Source: Candidatus Parvarchaeum sp.
GTDB lineage: Archaea > Nanobdellota > Nanobdellia > Parvarchaeales > Parvarchaeaceae
DNA: 64,000 nt
Direction: 5' to 3'
NCBI GenBank assembly: GCA_049965555.1
Contig: JBMFWF010000001.1
Span: 1-64,000, forward strand
The translations under genes and the position numbers were made by a program. The notes below the pieces were generated by a model. That model was given only the letters and a program-made list of their open reading frames with translations. It was not told the origin of the DNA and ran no database searches. Below, in pieces: positions 47,395 to 56,512 of the stretch (its first letter is position 1; every line of letters starts with the position of its first letter).

Positions 47395-49110
47395 TCAACA
47401 AGAGCTTCCTATTGGGCCGTAGCTTATACCACAAGGAGAAACGGGATTAGTGATTATATCTGAAACAACTTGGTTTGTAGCTGTAGATACAACTATAACA
47501 GATCCAGAAGGCTGAGATGTAGAAAGATTATCAATGTAAGCATAATTACCATTTGGAGTTATAGCAATTCCTTCAGAAGTAACAACAGAACCAAGTTTTA
47601 TATTTGCAACTACAGTGTTAGTTGCAGTCGAGATTACTGAAACGTTATAACCTTGACCTGTAACATAAACATATTTGCCATTAGGAGTAATTGCAAGATT
47701 TTTAGAGTTTCCTATTAAGGTAGGGATTCTTGCAACTACAGTGTTAGTTGCAGTCGAGATTACTGAAACATTGTCATTAAGGGATCCTCCTGCATCTGCT
47801 GCATAAACAAACTGCCCATTAGGCGAAACCGCGACACCCCAAGGATCTGATTCAGAAGGAGGTATAATATCAATTACGCTGTTAGTAGCAGTTGAAATTA
47901 CTATTAATCCTCCACCATTATCGCCAATGTAAACATATTTACCATTAGGAGTAATTGCAACTCCTGCCACATATCCATCAGTAGGAAGAGGTATTGTTGC
48001 AACTACAGTGTTAGTTGCAGTCGAGATTACTGAAACATAAGGAGAGCCTGCATCGGCGATGTAAATAAATTTGCCATCGGGAGTAATTGCAAGTCCTAAA
48101 GAAGGGTTATTCAAGTCTATATTATTAAGAACATTATAATTTGAAACAGATACTTCGGTAACATTATTACTAAGCCAGTTAGTAAAATAAGTATCCTGCC
48201 CATTTAAAGTTTCAATTATGCTTCTAGCATATGGGCCAGTATCTAAAAGAACTCCGCCTGTTGAATTTTTAGCAAGAGTATTATTATTGTAATATATCAT
48301 AGATATACCCTTATTAAAATCAGAAACCCAAAGATTCCTGAGAGGGATGAAATCTACTTCTAGATTGTATGATGTTGATATGTTTATTCCTCCTGCATAT
48401 ATTGGGTAATATGTCACTCCGTTGACTGTGACTGGGTAAATCTTCCAGGTGCTGTTGTACTTTGAATTTATGATCATAGAAGCAGAGGTAGATGTGTAGT
48501 TAACCCCACTGTATTGAACTGTCCATTGTGCATTTGCCGGAAGATTATACTCCGTAAAGCTGTTTACTGACGCAGAGGCTGTTCCCGCAACTGTACCGCT
48601 AGTATTTATAACAACCTTGCCTGCTGTTGTTGAATAGCCATACTGGATATTGCCAGAAAAAGAGTACTTTACTCCGCCTGAATTACATGCTACATTGGGT
48701 ATGACTAAAACTGCTGTCTGCCCTGGTGTCAATGTTAATGGATTTGTTAACGTGTAACTTGCTGCTGTTGTGTTTGCCCCTGTCGCTGATGAAAGGAATA
48801 CTTTGGTCAATGTTATCGAATTTGCACCCGAAGGCATCGGACCTGCTATTACTCCCAACTTAAGACCTATTGAATTGCATATCGTTGAAGATATTGTAAA
48901 TGGACTGAAACCGCTGCTTGTGAAAGTTACACTGGAACTTGGGTTGAAGATTCCCATGCTGTATAATATTACGGCTACAATGACTATTATCAGAATTGCC
49001 CAGCCGTAGGTCATCATGTATTCTAGAGCTGACTGAGAACGCCTGCTTTTGCTTAAAAAAGATAATTTAGAGTTATACTCTGGAGATTTGAGAAATATTT
49101 TATAAGACAT
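47395..49110 (-). CDS. pilin-like N-terminus fused to YVTN-type beta-propeller
   Basis: RRS|QSALEYMMTYGW leader; repeated AITPNGKYVY / VSVISTATNTVVA blades. Confidence 0.85.
   Translation of the reverse strand: MSYKIFLKSPEYNSKLSFLSKSRRSQSALEYMMTYGWAILIIVIVAVILYSMGIFNPSSSVTFTSSGFSPFTISSTICNSIGLKLGVIAGPMPSGANSITLTKVFLSSATGANTTAASYTLTNPLTLTPGQTAVLVIPNVACNSGGVKYSFSGNIQYGYSTTAGKVVINTSGTVAGTASASVNSFTEYNLPANAQWTVQYSGVNYTSTSASMIINSKYNSTWKIYPVTVNGVTYYPIYAGGINISTSYNLEVDFIPLRNLWVSDFNKGISMIYYNNNTLAKNSTGGVLLDTGPYARSIIETLNGQDTYFTNWLSNNVTEVSVSNYNVLNNIDLNNPSLGLAITPDGKFIYIADAGSPYVSVISTATNTVVATIPLPTDGYVAGVAITPNGKYVYIGDNGGGLIVISTATNSVIDIIPPSESDPWGVAVSPNGQFVYAADAGGSLNDNVSVISTATNTVVARIPTLIGNSKNLAITPNGKYVYVTGQGYNVSVISTATNTVVANIKLGSVVTSEGIAITPNGNYAYIDNLSTSQPSGSVIVVSTATNQVVSDIITNPVSPCGISYGPIGSSC
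47604..48036. repeat. three identical 40-bp intragenic repeats (47604, 47730, 47997)
   Basis: TTGCAACTACAGTGTTAGTTGCAGTCGAGATTACTGAAAC x3, in frame, encoding VSVISTATNTVVA. Confidence 0.9.
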
Positions 49111-49172
49111 ATAATTTATTAAAAGATAATGGCATATAAATATTTGTTAATTTTTAATTATTACCCAATTTT

Positions 49173-50087
49173 TCATAGTACGAACCTATCAAAATCATCT
49201 GGAAAAGAATATTTAAAACTGCATTTCATTTTTGAGTAGAGGGATGCGGCGCTTTTAGCCATTGAATCATCGTTTTCGTATCGTTGACTCGTATGCACAA
49301 AATAGACTTCCTTGGCGCCAGAACTCTTCGCAAGAAACATTGCCTCTTTTATGTTTAAGTGGAAGAAATCGTATGATTTCTGGAATTCTTCTCCAAAAGT
49401 GCTTTCTATTATCAACGTATCAACTCCTTTTATAAAGGGGATTACTCTGCGGTTATATCTTAAATCAGTAACATATGCTAAGGATTTTCCTTTCTTTAGG
49501 TAAGTAAGCTCCTTGTATTTTAGTTTAATTCCGTTATAAACAATATCCTTTCCTTCCTTAAGCTTGCTTAAAAATTTGCCTGGTTTTATCCCCTTCTCAG
49601 CAAGTTTTTCAACTGAGATATTGCGCACATCCTTTTCCTTTATCTTATAGGCAAGGCATTTAACGGAATGCTCTACATTTATAGCCGAAATAATGTAATT
49701 ATCTCTTTCAATTATTGTCTTTTCATTCGGTGCATTCACTGACTTTGCTTTTATGTCTAACTGATTATAGAATTTATATGTCATTAATATGTTTTTTATG
49801 CCCTTCTCAGTACCACTAGGACCGAATATTTGCAGCTTCTTATCGCTTTTCATCATGTTAAGGCTTTGTATTATGCCGCCTAATCCGAGAGAATGATCTC
49901 CATGCCAATGTGTTATAAAAATATAATCTATAGAGGGGCTTAAACCGGCTTTTCGAATCTGTCTTTGGGTTCCTTCCCCGCAGTCAAATAGCATTCTTTC
50001 TCCGTTAATCATAAGATAAACTGATGGATGGTTTCTCTTTGCTGTAGGGAATGCCGAACTTGTTCCGAGAAATGCGCCTTCAATCAT
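49173..50087 (-). CDS. rnz: ribonuclease Z
   Basis: FLGTS...PT..RN, FDCGEGTQ, THWHGDH, H.SQRY; start MIEGAF. Confidence 0.92.
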   Translation of the reverse strand: MIEGAFLGTSSAFPTAKRNHPSVYLMINGERMLFDCGEGTQRQIRKAGLSPSIDYIFITHWHGDHSLGLGGIIQSLNMMKSDKKLQIFGPSGTEKGIKNILMTYKFYNQLDIKAKSVNAPNEKTIIERDNYIISAINVEHSVKCLAYKIKEKDVRNISVEKLAEKGIKPGKFLSKLKEGKDIVYNGIKLKYKELTYLKKGKSLAYVTDLRYNRRVIPFIKGVDTLIIESTFGEEFQKSYDFFHLNIKEAMFLAKSSGAKEVYFVHTSQRYENDDSMAKSAASLYSKMKCSFKYSFPDDFDRFVL

Positions 50088-50829
50088 AAAACACCCTGAC
50101 AAAATTTTTATAAACAATTTCCTTTATGTTATCTGCTTCCATCTTTTTTATACTAGATATGTAATTTAATAGTTTAGGTATATTCAAAGGAGTATTTATT
50201 TTCTCATCTGGGCTTAATGCTGGGGAATCAGTCTCTGTAAACATCTTATTGATATCCACATTCTTTATTATATTTTCCTTTTTGAATTTCATAAACCCAG
50301 TTGAGATGCTTATGTTGATTCCCAGATCCTGTGCTCTATCAAGGTTCCTTAGGTTGCCTTCAAAATTATGTATTACTGCCTTTACATTGAAACTTGAAAC
50401 TGCATCAAAAATATCTTCTATCGCTTTTCTACTGTGGATTATGCAGACTTTTTTGTTTTTTTCTGCCAGTTCCAATATCCTGTAAAAGAATTCTTTCTCC
50501 TGCTCCATCTGATAAATATCCTTGCTTTTATAATCTAATCCAACTTCTGAAACGGCGAAAAAACTGCTTATATTGCTTGAAAAAAATTCGAACTCAGTTT
50601 CTGCATTTTGATATGAATTGCGAGCTATTTCATTGGGATGCAGGCCTATACAAGGAAGCAGAAACGAGTATTTCTTGCTGTCCTTAAGTATTCTTTCGCT
50701 GTCGTCTTTGTTCTCTCCCGCATTTAATATTAAATAAGAATCAGAGATTTCTCCAAGAAAATTATCTCTCACTTTCTCCAACGACTTGTCAGATATATGT
50801 GCGTGAACATCTATGAATTTAGCTTCCAT
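50080..50829 (-). CDS. tatD: TatD-family DNase
   Basis: DVHAH, GLHP, EVGLD, HSR, ETDSP; start MEAKF. Confidence 0.92.
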   Translation of the reverse strand: MEAKFIDVHAHISDKSLEKVRDNFLGEISDSYLILNAGENKDDSERILKDSKKYSFLLPCIGLHPNEIARNSYQNAETEFEFFSSNISSFFAVSEVGLDYKSKDIYQMEQEKEFFYRILELAEKNKKVCIIHSRKAIEDIFDAVSSFNVKAVIHNFEGNLRNLDRAQDLGINISISTGFMKFKKENIIKNVDINKMFTETDSPALSPDEKINTPLNIPKLLNYISSIKKMEADNIKEIVYKNFVRVFYD

Positions 50830-50885
50830 ATAAAGATTACAAGGCAGCAGGATTAATTCTTTAGCAAGCTGCGATAAAATGACAT

Positions 50886-51506
50886 TCACTGCTTAGTTTC
50901 CCTTATCTCCTTCAGTGCTTTCTCGTCCTTTGAATAAAAATAAGGAGCGAGGTCCAAATCTGAGGGTGTCTTCTCGGCTTTGGACATGTAAACCTCATGT
51001 AAATTCTTATTGACTTCTTTACAGTAATCATCCCAATTTATGCCTAAAGATTCGACATACTCTCTCTCGATTTTAGTTGCGATCTCATGTGCATACGCAT
51101 ATTCATATGCATCATCTATTAGCCATTTCTCCGTAACTTCATGATGCCTGTCAATGCTTTCAACAGTATCAACTGTCTTCCCATCAACAACAATATTCTT
51201 TGGAAAATGCTCATCCAAGTATACCTTTTTTCCGTCGACAGAATATCCGCCAGTGTACTTTATGTCATACCTTGTGTCTATCTTTATATCGCTTGCCTTC
51301 TTTATTTCCTTTATCTGACCTATCTTTTTTTGGCTAAAAAAGACATCATTATTTTCTACTTCGATCTTATCTCCAACTTTAAAATCCATGGCGCTTTCAA
51401 ACTTTATATAAGTAGGCTCTTTGTAATTTATTGCGACTATGATAAAATTGTTGTCTGCAGCCTTTGGCCCAGACTTAAGATGCTCTATTACCTCATATTC
51501 TTCCAT
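50886..51506 (-). CDS. hypothetical protein with HExxE...H motif
   Basis: GGYS.DGK.VY.D, HHEVTEK, YAHEIA; start MEEYE. Confidence 0.6.
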   Translation of the reverse strand: MEEYEVIEHLKSGPKAADNNFIIVAINYKEPTYIKFESAMDFKVGDKIEVENNDVFFSQKKIGQIKEIKKASDIKIDTRYDIKYTGGYSVDGKKVYLDEHFPKNIVVDGKTVDTVESIDRHHEVTEKWLIDDAYEYAYAHEIATKIEREYVESLGINWDDYCKEVNKNLHEVYMSKAEKTPSDLDLAPYFYSKDEKALKEIRETKQ

Positions 51507-51584
51507 ACTCAACAATAGATTAAACGCTAAACATAAAATATATAAGTTTACTTTAATGTAATAGACTATCGGCACCTACATTGA

Positions 51585-51656
51585 GCCTCCGTAGCTCAGC
51601 GGTAGAGCGTCTGCCTTGTAAGCAGAAGGTCGCGGGGCCAGCACCCGTCGGAGGCT
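51585..51656 (+). tRNA. tRNA-Thr(UGU) with non-canonical T-loop
   Basis: GCCTCCG/CGGAGGC, GCTC/GAGC, TCTGC-CT-TGT-AA-GCAGA, GCGGG-GCCAGCA-CCCGT, discriminator T. Confidence 0.85.
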
Positions 51657-51667
51657 TATCCTATAAT

Positions 51668-51944
51668 ATGAAAATAAAGGGAATAATATTCGATTGATAA
51701 TACTTTAATAAACTCTTCAAAAACAATAGGCGATGCTAATAAATCGGTTTTAAGAAAGATGCAAGAAGACTTTGAAGCAATGGATTTGAAAACATTTGAA
51801 ACTATAATTAAAAAAGTGCAAAAAAAGTTTGATAGCTTGGATTATACGAAAAGATACAAAAGGCTTTTCTATGAACTTTTCGCTGAAGAAAGCGGCCTAA
51901 ACATTGACTCTGAAAAAATAGATGTTTACTCGGAGATAATTTGA
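51668..51944 (+). pseudogene. frameshifted, truncated HAD hydrolase paralog
   Basis: MKIKGIIFD* then shifted frame DNTLINSSKTIGDA...; restoring 2 nt gives FDFDNTL; C-terminal motifs missing. Confidence 0.75.
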
Positions 51945-51956
51945 GAGCCATCTAGA

Positions 51957-52889
51957 TCAAGAATTAGCCTGAGATATCTTCTCCTTTATCTTGTCTATAA
52001 CATTCTGCACGTTTTCCTGGCCCCCGAGAGAAGCAAGTGCAGTCGTTGAAAGGCCAGCCATGCCCCCAAGCATGCTTCCTGCGTTTTGCATGAACTGCAT
52101 AGGAAGAACTATCTTGGAAGAGCTTGATTCCCCTATCTGTTTAAGTGCCTGAAGATAAAGATACATAATTGAGCGGTCATCAAGAGATTTGCTGCCTTCC
52201 CCTATTGCTTCCATGACTATTTTCTGTGCCTCTGCTTTAAACCTCTGTGCCTGCAACAAATTGGCAGCAATCTCTGGCTGCTGCATAGCCTGTATAACTT
52301 CATTGGACGGCGAAACAGACCTTAATTGCACAGAGGGGACGTCTATCCCCCATTTCCAAGTCATGTGCCTTATTGCGTCTGCAAGTATATCATTTAATCT
52401 GTCAAGGCTTCCAAAAACCTGCCTCATTGTTAATGACGCTATTGCATTCCTAACCGCGGACTGAACTAAATTGGATAGTCCTTGCCCGTAATTATCTATC
52501 TGCAAAGTTGCTTTCTCGGGATCTACAATCTGATAATATATTGTACCATCAAGCGAGATCTTTAGGTCATCGGCTGTAAATATGTCAGAAGAAGTTATAT
52601 CCATCATTTTTACCCTTACATCTACCTTCTTGTATTCCTCTTCAAAAAATGGCACAACAATAGCCCACCCGGGACCCGCTATGCGATTAAACTTGCCAAG
52701 TCTGAATATTATCCCTCTTTCAAACTGGCTGTATTTCTTTACAAAAGTTATAAAGAAGATAACAATAAGCAATGCAATGAAGATTATTAGGAATGCATAA
52801 AACAAACTGGGCACAAAGATACTTAAGAGAAAAAGAGCAACCAAAGCTATTATCCCTATAACGAAAACCCAAAATTCCCCTGGACTCAT
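51957..52889 (-). CDS. SPFH/stomatin-domain protein
   Basis: ERGIIFRLGKF...GPG, VDVR, WGIDV..V.L. Confidence 0.92.
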   Translation of the reverse strand: MSPGEFWVFVIGIIALVALFLLSIFVPSLFYAFLIIFIALLIVIFFITFVKKYSQFERGIIFRLGKFNRIAGPGWAIVVPFFEEEYKKVDVRVKMMDITSSDIFTADDLKISLDGTIYYQIVDPEKATLQIDNYGQGLSNLVQSAVRNAIASLTMRQVFGSLDRLNDILADAIRHMTWKWGIDVPSVQLRSVSPSNEVIQAMQQPEIAANLLQAQRFKAEAQKIVMEAIGEGSKSLDDRSIMYLYLQALKQIGESSSSKIVLPMQFMQNAGSMLGGMAGLSTTALASLGGQENVQNVIDKIKEKISQANS

Positions 52890-52929
52890 ATTATTTATAA
52901 GAAGATTTTTAATTTATAACCATTCCTTT

Positions 52930-53625
52930 TCAGAATACTACGAGATCTAAGGTCATCCTGCTGTCTATTTCAGCGTATCTCATTATCCCTTTATTACTTA
53001 TTTCAGTAGAACTTCCTATGTAGGGATTGAATTTTGGCACGATTATTCCCTTCTTCAATTTAGAATCCGGATACCTGTCCTTTGGAAGTTTTATCTTAAG
53101 CATGAAAAAACAGTCCTCTTTATATGAAACGCCGTTCGAATCCTTGAAGTTAAAGGAAGGATGAACATGACTAATGCACAATGTTTCCGCTTCTCTTGAC
53201 ATCTGAACAGAGGGAAGAGAATGCCCGTGCATAAATCCTATTTTATCGTATACAAATTCATTTTTAACAGATACATTGCTGAATCTGCCTGTTATCTTCT
53301 CTATACCTCCATCATGATTTCCCTTCGTCAGTATTATTTCATCAAAATTATCAGACAGCCTTGAAAAAAACTTTACCAGCACGCCGCCTTCCTTTGGCTT
53401 TATCTCCGTGTATTCCTTCCTTATGTCACCAAGCAAAATAAGCTTTCTAGAACCCAAGTTGATTATCTTTTCTGTTAATTCATCGGTTTTTTCCCAGATA
53501 TTGTATCCATTGCTGTTTATGTCCTCTTCAAAGCCAAGATGAACATCGCCAACAACAGCGTACTCACCTACAAAAATCGCCCTTGAGCCCTTTTTAAACC
53601 TTATATTAAAGTCTTCTATACCCAT
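52930..53625 (-). CDS. calcineurin-like metallophosphoesterase
   Basis: DVHLG, LGD, GNHD, HGH, HVHP. Confidence 0.88.
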   Translation of the reverse strand: MGIEDFNIRFKKGSRAIFVGEYAVVGDVHLGFEEDINSNGYNIWEKTDELTEKIINLGSRKLILLGDIRKEYTEIKPKEGGVLVKFFSRLSDNFDEIILTKGNHDGGIEKITGRFSNVSVKNEFVYDKIGFMHGHSLPSVQMSREAETLCISHVHPSFNFKDSNGVSYKEDCFFMLKIKLPKDRYPDSKLKKGIIVPKFNPYIGSSTEISNKGIMRYAEIDSRMTLDLVVF

Positions 53626-53745
53626 TGCAACCTTAAAAACTACTAATCAATTTTTACCCCGACATTTTAATTATGTAAAAACAAGCTTTTAAGCATATTC
53701 AATCTAACCTGCAGCCACATGTAATTTTAGGTGTAAATAAGAAAA

Positions 53746-55098
53746 TCATGCAAATATTATGCCGATGAACAAAGCCAAGGTAAGTATTATTAGTATGGAT
53801 TCCTTTATCCTCTGCTCTTTTTTGATAGGCATTTGTTTTTTATTGCTTATTATCCTGTCAACAACATGCATTTCTGACAGTATGCTGAAGTAATAAAAAG
53901 TAGAAACCAAAAGCGCGAAAAATGCAAGTATGACAAGCGCGAAGTATCCGCTGCTGAATAAAGCATAGAATATTAGAAGCTTTCCAAAGAACCCTATAGT
54001 AGGAGGGAAACCTGCAAGAGATAGTATACCTATGAAGAAAGCTACTGCCCCTACTCTTGAGACCTGTGTCATCGAACTGACTTCCTTCTTGTAAATGACT
54101 TTTCTGTTCTCAAACATATCATATGCTAGAAACACTATTGCATCTGCGACAGCGAATGCAAAAATGTAGAAAATTGCTGCGTTTATCCCTTTTGTAGTAA
54201 GAACTGCTATGCTTATGAATGCAAACCCTGCCTGTGAAATACTTGAATAAGCAAGTATCCTCTTTATTCTATCCTGAACGGATGCAAGGAATGAGCTCAG
54301 AAATATAGTTATAATGGCTATCGAAAGGAAAAGCGCAGTAACAAACAATGATGAAACTGGAAGAGCGAAAAAGAAAATCCTTATCATTGCAATTAGTCCT
54401 GCGGCCTTGGATACGGATGAGATAAAGGCAGTTACAGAGCTTTTTGAAGCTTCATACGTGTCAGGCGCCCACATATGAAATGGAACAAGGGTTGACTTGA
54501 AGCCCAGCCCAGCTATTACTACAGCGACGCCCGCAATGAAAGGAAGGTATGAAATCATATGCAAAGAAGAAAATGAGAGTGTGCCTGCACCTGCATATAT
54601 AAGGGAAATACCGAATATCAAGATTACCATAGAGATTATGCCGGTTGAAAGATATTTTAACGCGCCTTCGAGTGCATTTCCCGATTTATACATGTAAACT
54701 AGAGCATAAGTAGATATGGAAAGCATTTCTATAGAGATAAACAACGAGATAAGATTGCTTGATAAAACAACAAGGGTTGAACCAAGAACTGCAGAAAGGT
54801 ATGATATATCGATTGCAACGCTGTGTTCATTTTTATCTGCTATTATGAAAAGGTATATGAAAAATGAGAGAAACAGCATGAACCCCGTCACAAACTGGGA
54901 ATACTGCACTTCAGAGAACAAATTTATGTTCATGTTTCCATATATGACATCAAAAATGAGCGCTAGGCCCAGGAAAGCGGCTGTTATGTAGTGCAAAAAG
55001 GCCTTTTTGCTGCTATTTAAACTATGCCTTAGAAAATCTAATAAGATAATAAGCAATATGCCGGAAAACAAGATGTATTGTGAATTTAGGTATTCCAT
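53746..55098 (-). CDS. nuoN: complex I antiporter-like subunit N
   Basis: SIEMLS, EGALKY, GFK...VPFHMW.PD.Y, S.SK.AG, LAYSSI, GFFGK. Confidence 0.88.
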   Translation of the reverse strand: MEYLNSQYILFSGILLIILLDFLRHSLNSSKKAFLHYITAAFLGLALIFDVIYGNMNINLFSEVQYSQFVTGFMLFLSFFIYLFIIADKNEHSVAIDISYLSAVLGSTLVVLSSNLISLFISIEMLSISTYALVYMYKSGNALEGALKYLSTGIISMVILIFGISLIYAGAGTLSFSSLHMISYLPFIAGVAVVIAGLGFKSTLVPFHMWAPDTYEASKSSVTAFISSVSKAAGLIAMIRIFFFALPVSSLFVTALFLSIAIITIFLSSFLASVQDRIKRILAYSSISQAGFAFISIAVLTTKGINAAIFYIFAFAVADAIVFLAYDMFENRKVIYKKEVSSMTQVSRVGAVAFFIGILSLAGFPPTIGFFGKLLIFYALFSSGYFALVILAFFALLVSTFYYFSILSEMHVVDRIISNKKQMPIKKEQRIKESILIILTLALFIGIIFA

Positions 55099-55099
55099 T

Positions 55100-56512
55100 T
55101 TATAGCCCTCCAAGTGTACTTAAAAGCAATGAAGGGAATAGCCCTATCAAAAGAATGAAAAAAGAAAGGAAGAGCATGAAAAACAGCTCGTTTCTTGAAA
55201 GGTCTGTCAAGCCTGCAAAGGTCTTCTTCAACTGTCCAAATAAAGACTGCTTTATTACCCTCAGATAATAATTCGTAGACAGCATTATTCCGAATATTGC
55301 TAAAAGCGATATACCGACAACCCCATAAGACCCTAAGAAAATGAGAAATTCTCCGGGAAAATTAGATAAACCCGGTACACCAAGACTTGCAAATATGCCA
55401 AAAACAAGAAAGAAGGAAAGCAGGGGCATCTTTGACATTAACCCCCCCATTCTTTCTGTCTCATTAGTGCCTGTCTTTTGCATAAGTATGTAAGAGATTC
55501 CAAACAGCATAGTTATTATGAATCCATGGCTTACCATTAAAAGAACCGATCCTGCGACTGCTAAATTTATGCCCGATGAAACACCAATAAAGACCAAAGA
55601 CATATAGAACATGCTCGAATACGAGAGAAGCTTTTTCAGATCTTTCTGGCCTGAAGCAGTAAATGCAATATAGATTGCAGTGAAAACGCCCAAACCTATC
55701 AAAGGCAGCCTAAAGTCAAAAATCAAATTCCTGAAAAGTCCAAAGCCAAACAAAATAAACGCAAAACCTCCGAGTTTGGAAAGCATGCTAGACAAAAGCA
55801 TTGTTCCTGAAGAAGGAGAATAATAATAAGAATCAAGAAGCCAGCCGTGAAGTGGGAAGATAGGCATCTTTATCATTACTGTTATTAATAAAAGGAAAAA
55901 GGACAGGTATTCTATGTAAGATGGCAAAAATGACATCCGGGATGCAATAACAAAAAAGTTGAAACTACCAGTGTAAAGGAAAAGAAGTATGAAGACGGCT
56001 AATAATGTAAGGCTCCCAAATTGTGTGAACACCAGGAATTTCATCGCCGCTTTTCTGCCATTCTCACCGTTGCCCCATAGCCCGGTAATGAAGAAAAGTG
56101 AAAGAACTGCTGCTTCCCAGAAGATGAAGAACACTATCAAATTGGAAGAAACAAAAACAGATATAACAGAGATATACACTAGAAGATAAAAGAGATAAAA
56201 GATGCTTTTGCTCTGCTTTATTTCCTTTGATGAAAAAAGAAGTATTGCGATAGGGATTGTTACTGCTATTAGAAGAAACGGTATGGTTATGAAATTTTCC
56301 TGCAGTGAAAATGAAAAACTTATGCTGGGATTTATGTTTACATTGAAACTTGAAAAGCCAAAGATAAGGCCAACGACAAATACTACAGCATTAACTAACA
56401 TTGTCGAAAGAACTATTGTCTCGGATGAAGGCAGATTCCGGTAGAATCTTTTTAGTATGAGAAGCAATATACCTATTGCCGGCACCAAAAGAAGAAAAAT
56501 TAAGTTTATCAT
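55100..56512 (-). CDS. nuoM: complex I antiporter-like subunit M
   Basis: FWE, AAMKF..FT, KMP.FPLH.WL, SKLG, SHG, PG.SNF.GE. Confidence 0.88.
   Translation of the reverse strand: MINLIFLLLVPAIGILLLILKRFYRNLPSSETIVLSTMLVNAVVFVVGLIFGFSSFNVNINPSISFSFSLQENFITIPFLLIAVTIPIAILLFSSKEIKQSKSIFYLFYLLVYISVISVFVSSNLIVFFIFWEAAVLSLFFITGLWGNGENGRKAAMKFLVFTQFGSLTLLAVFILLFLYTGSFNFFVIASRMSFLPSYIEYLSFFLLLITVMIKMPIFPLHGWLLDSYYYSPSSGTMLLSSMLSKLGGFAFILFGFGLFRNLIFDFRLPLIGLGVFTAIYIAFTASGQKDLKKLLSYSSMFYMSLVFIGVSSGINLAVAGSVLLMVSHGFIITMLFGISYILMQKTGTNETERMGGLMSKMPLLSFFLVFGIFASLGVPGLSNFPGEFLIFLGSYGVVGISLLAIFGIMLSTNYYLRVIKQSLFGQLKKTFAGLTDLSRNELFFMLFLSFFILLIGLFPSLLLSTLGGL

Noticed and set aside
47604-48036. Identical palindromic 40-bp repeats as a CRISPR array
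   Set aside because: Gaps of 86 and 227 nt, in frame within a propeller CDS, and no cas genes in the window
51692-51700. GAT-TGA-TAA as UGA recoding or selenocysteine
   Set aside because: TAA follows immediately and HAD homology resumes in another frame, so it is a frameshift
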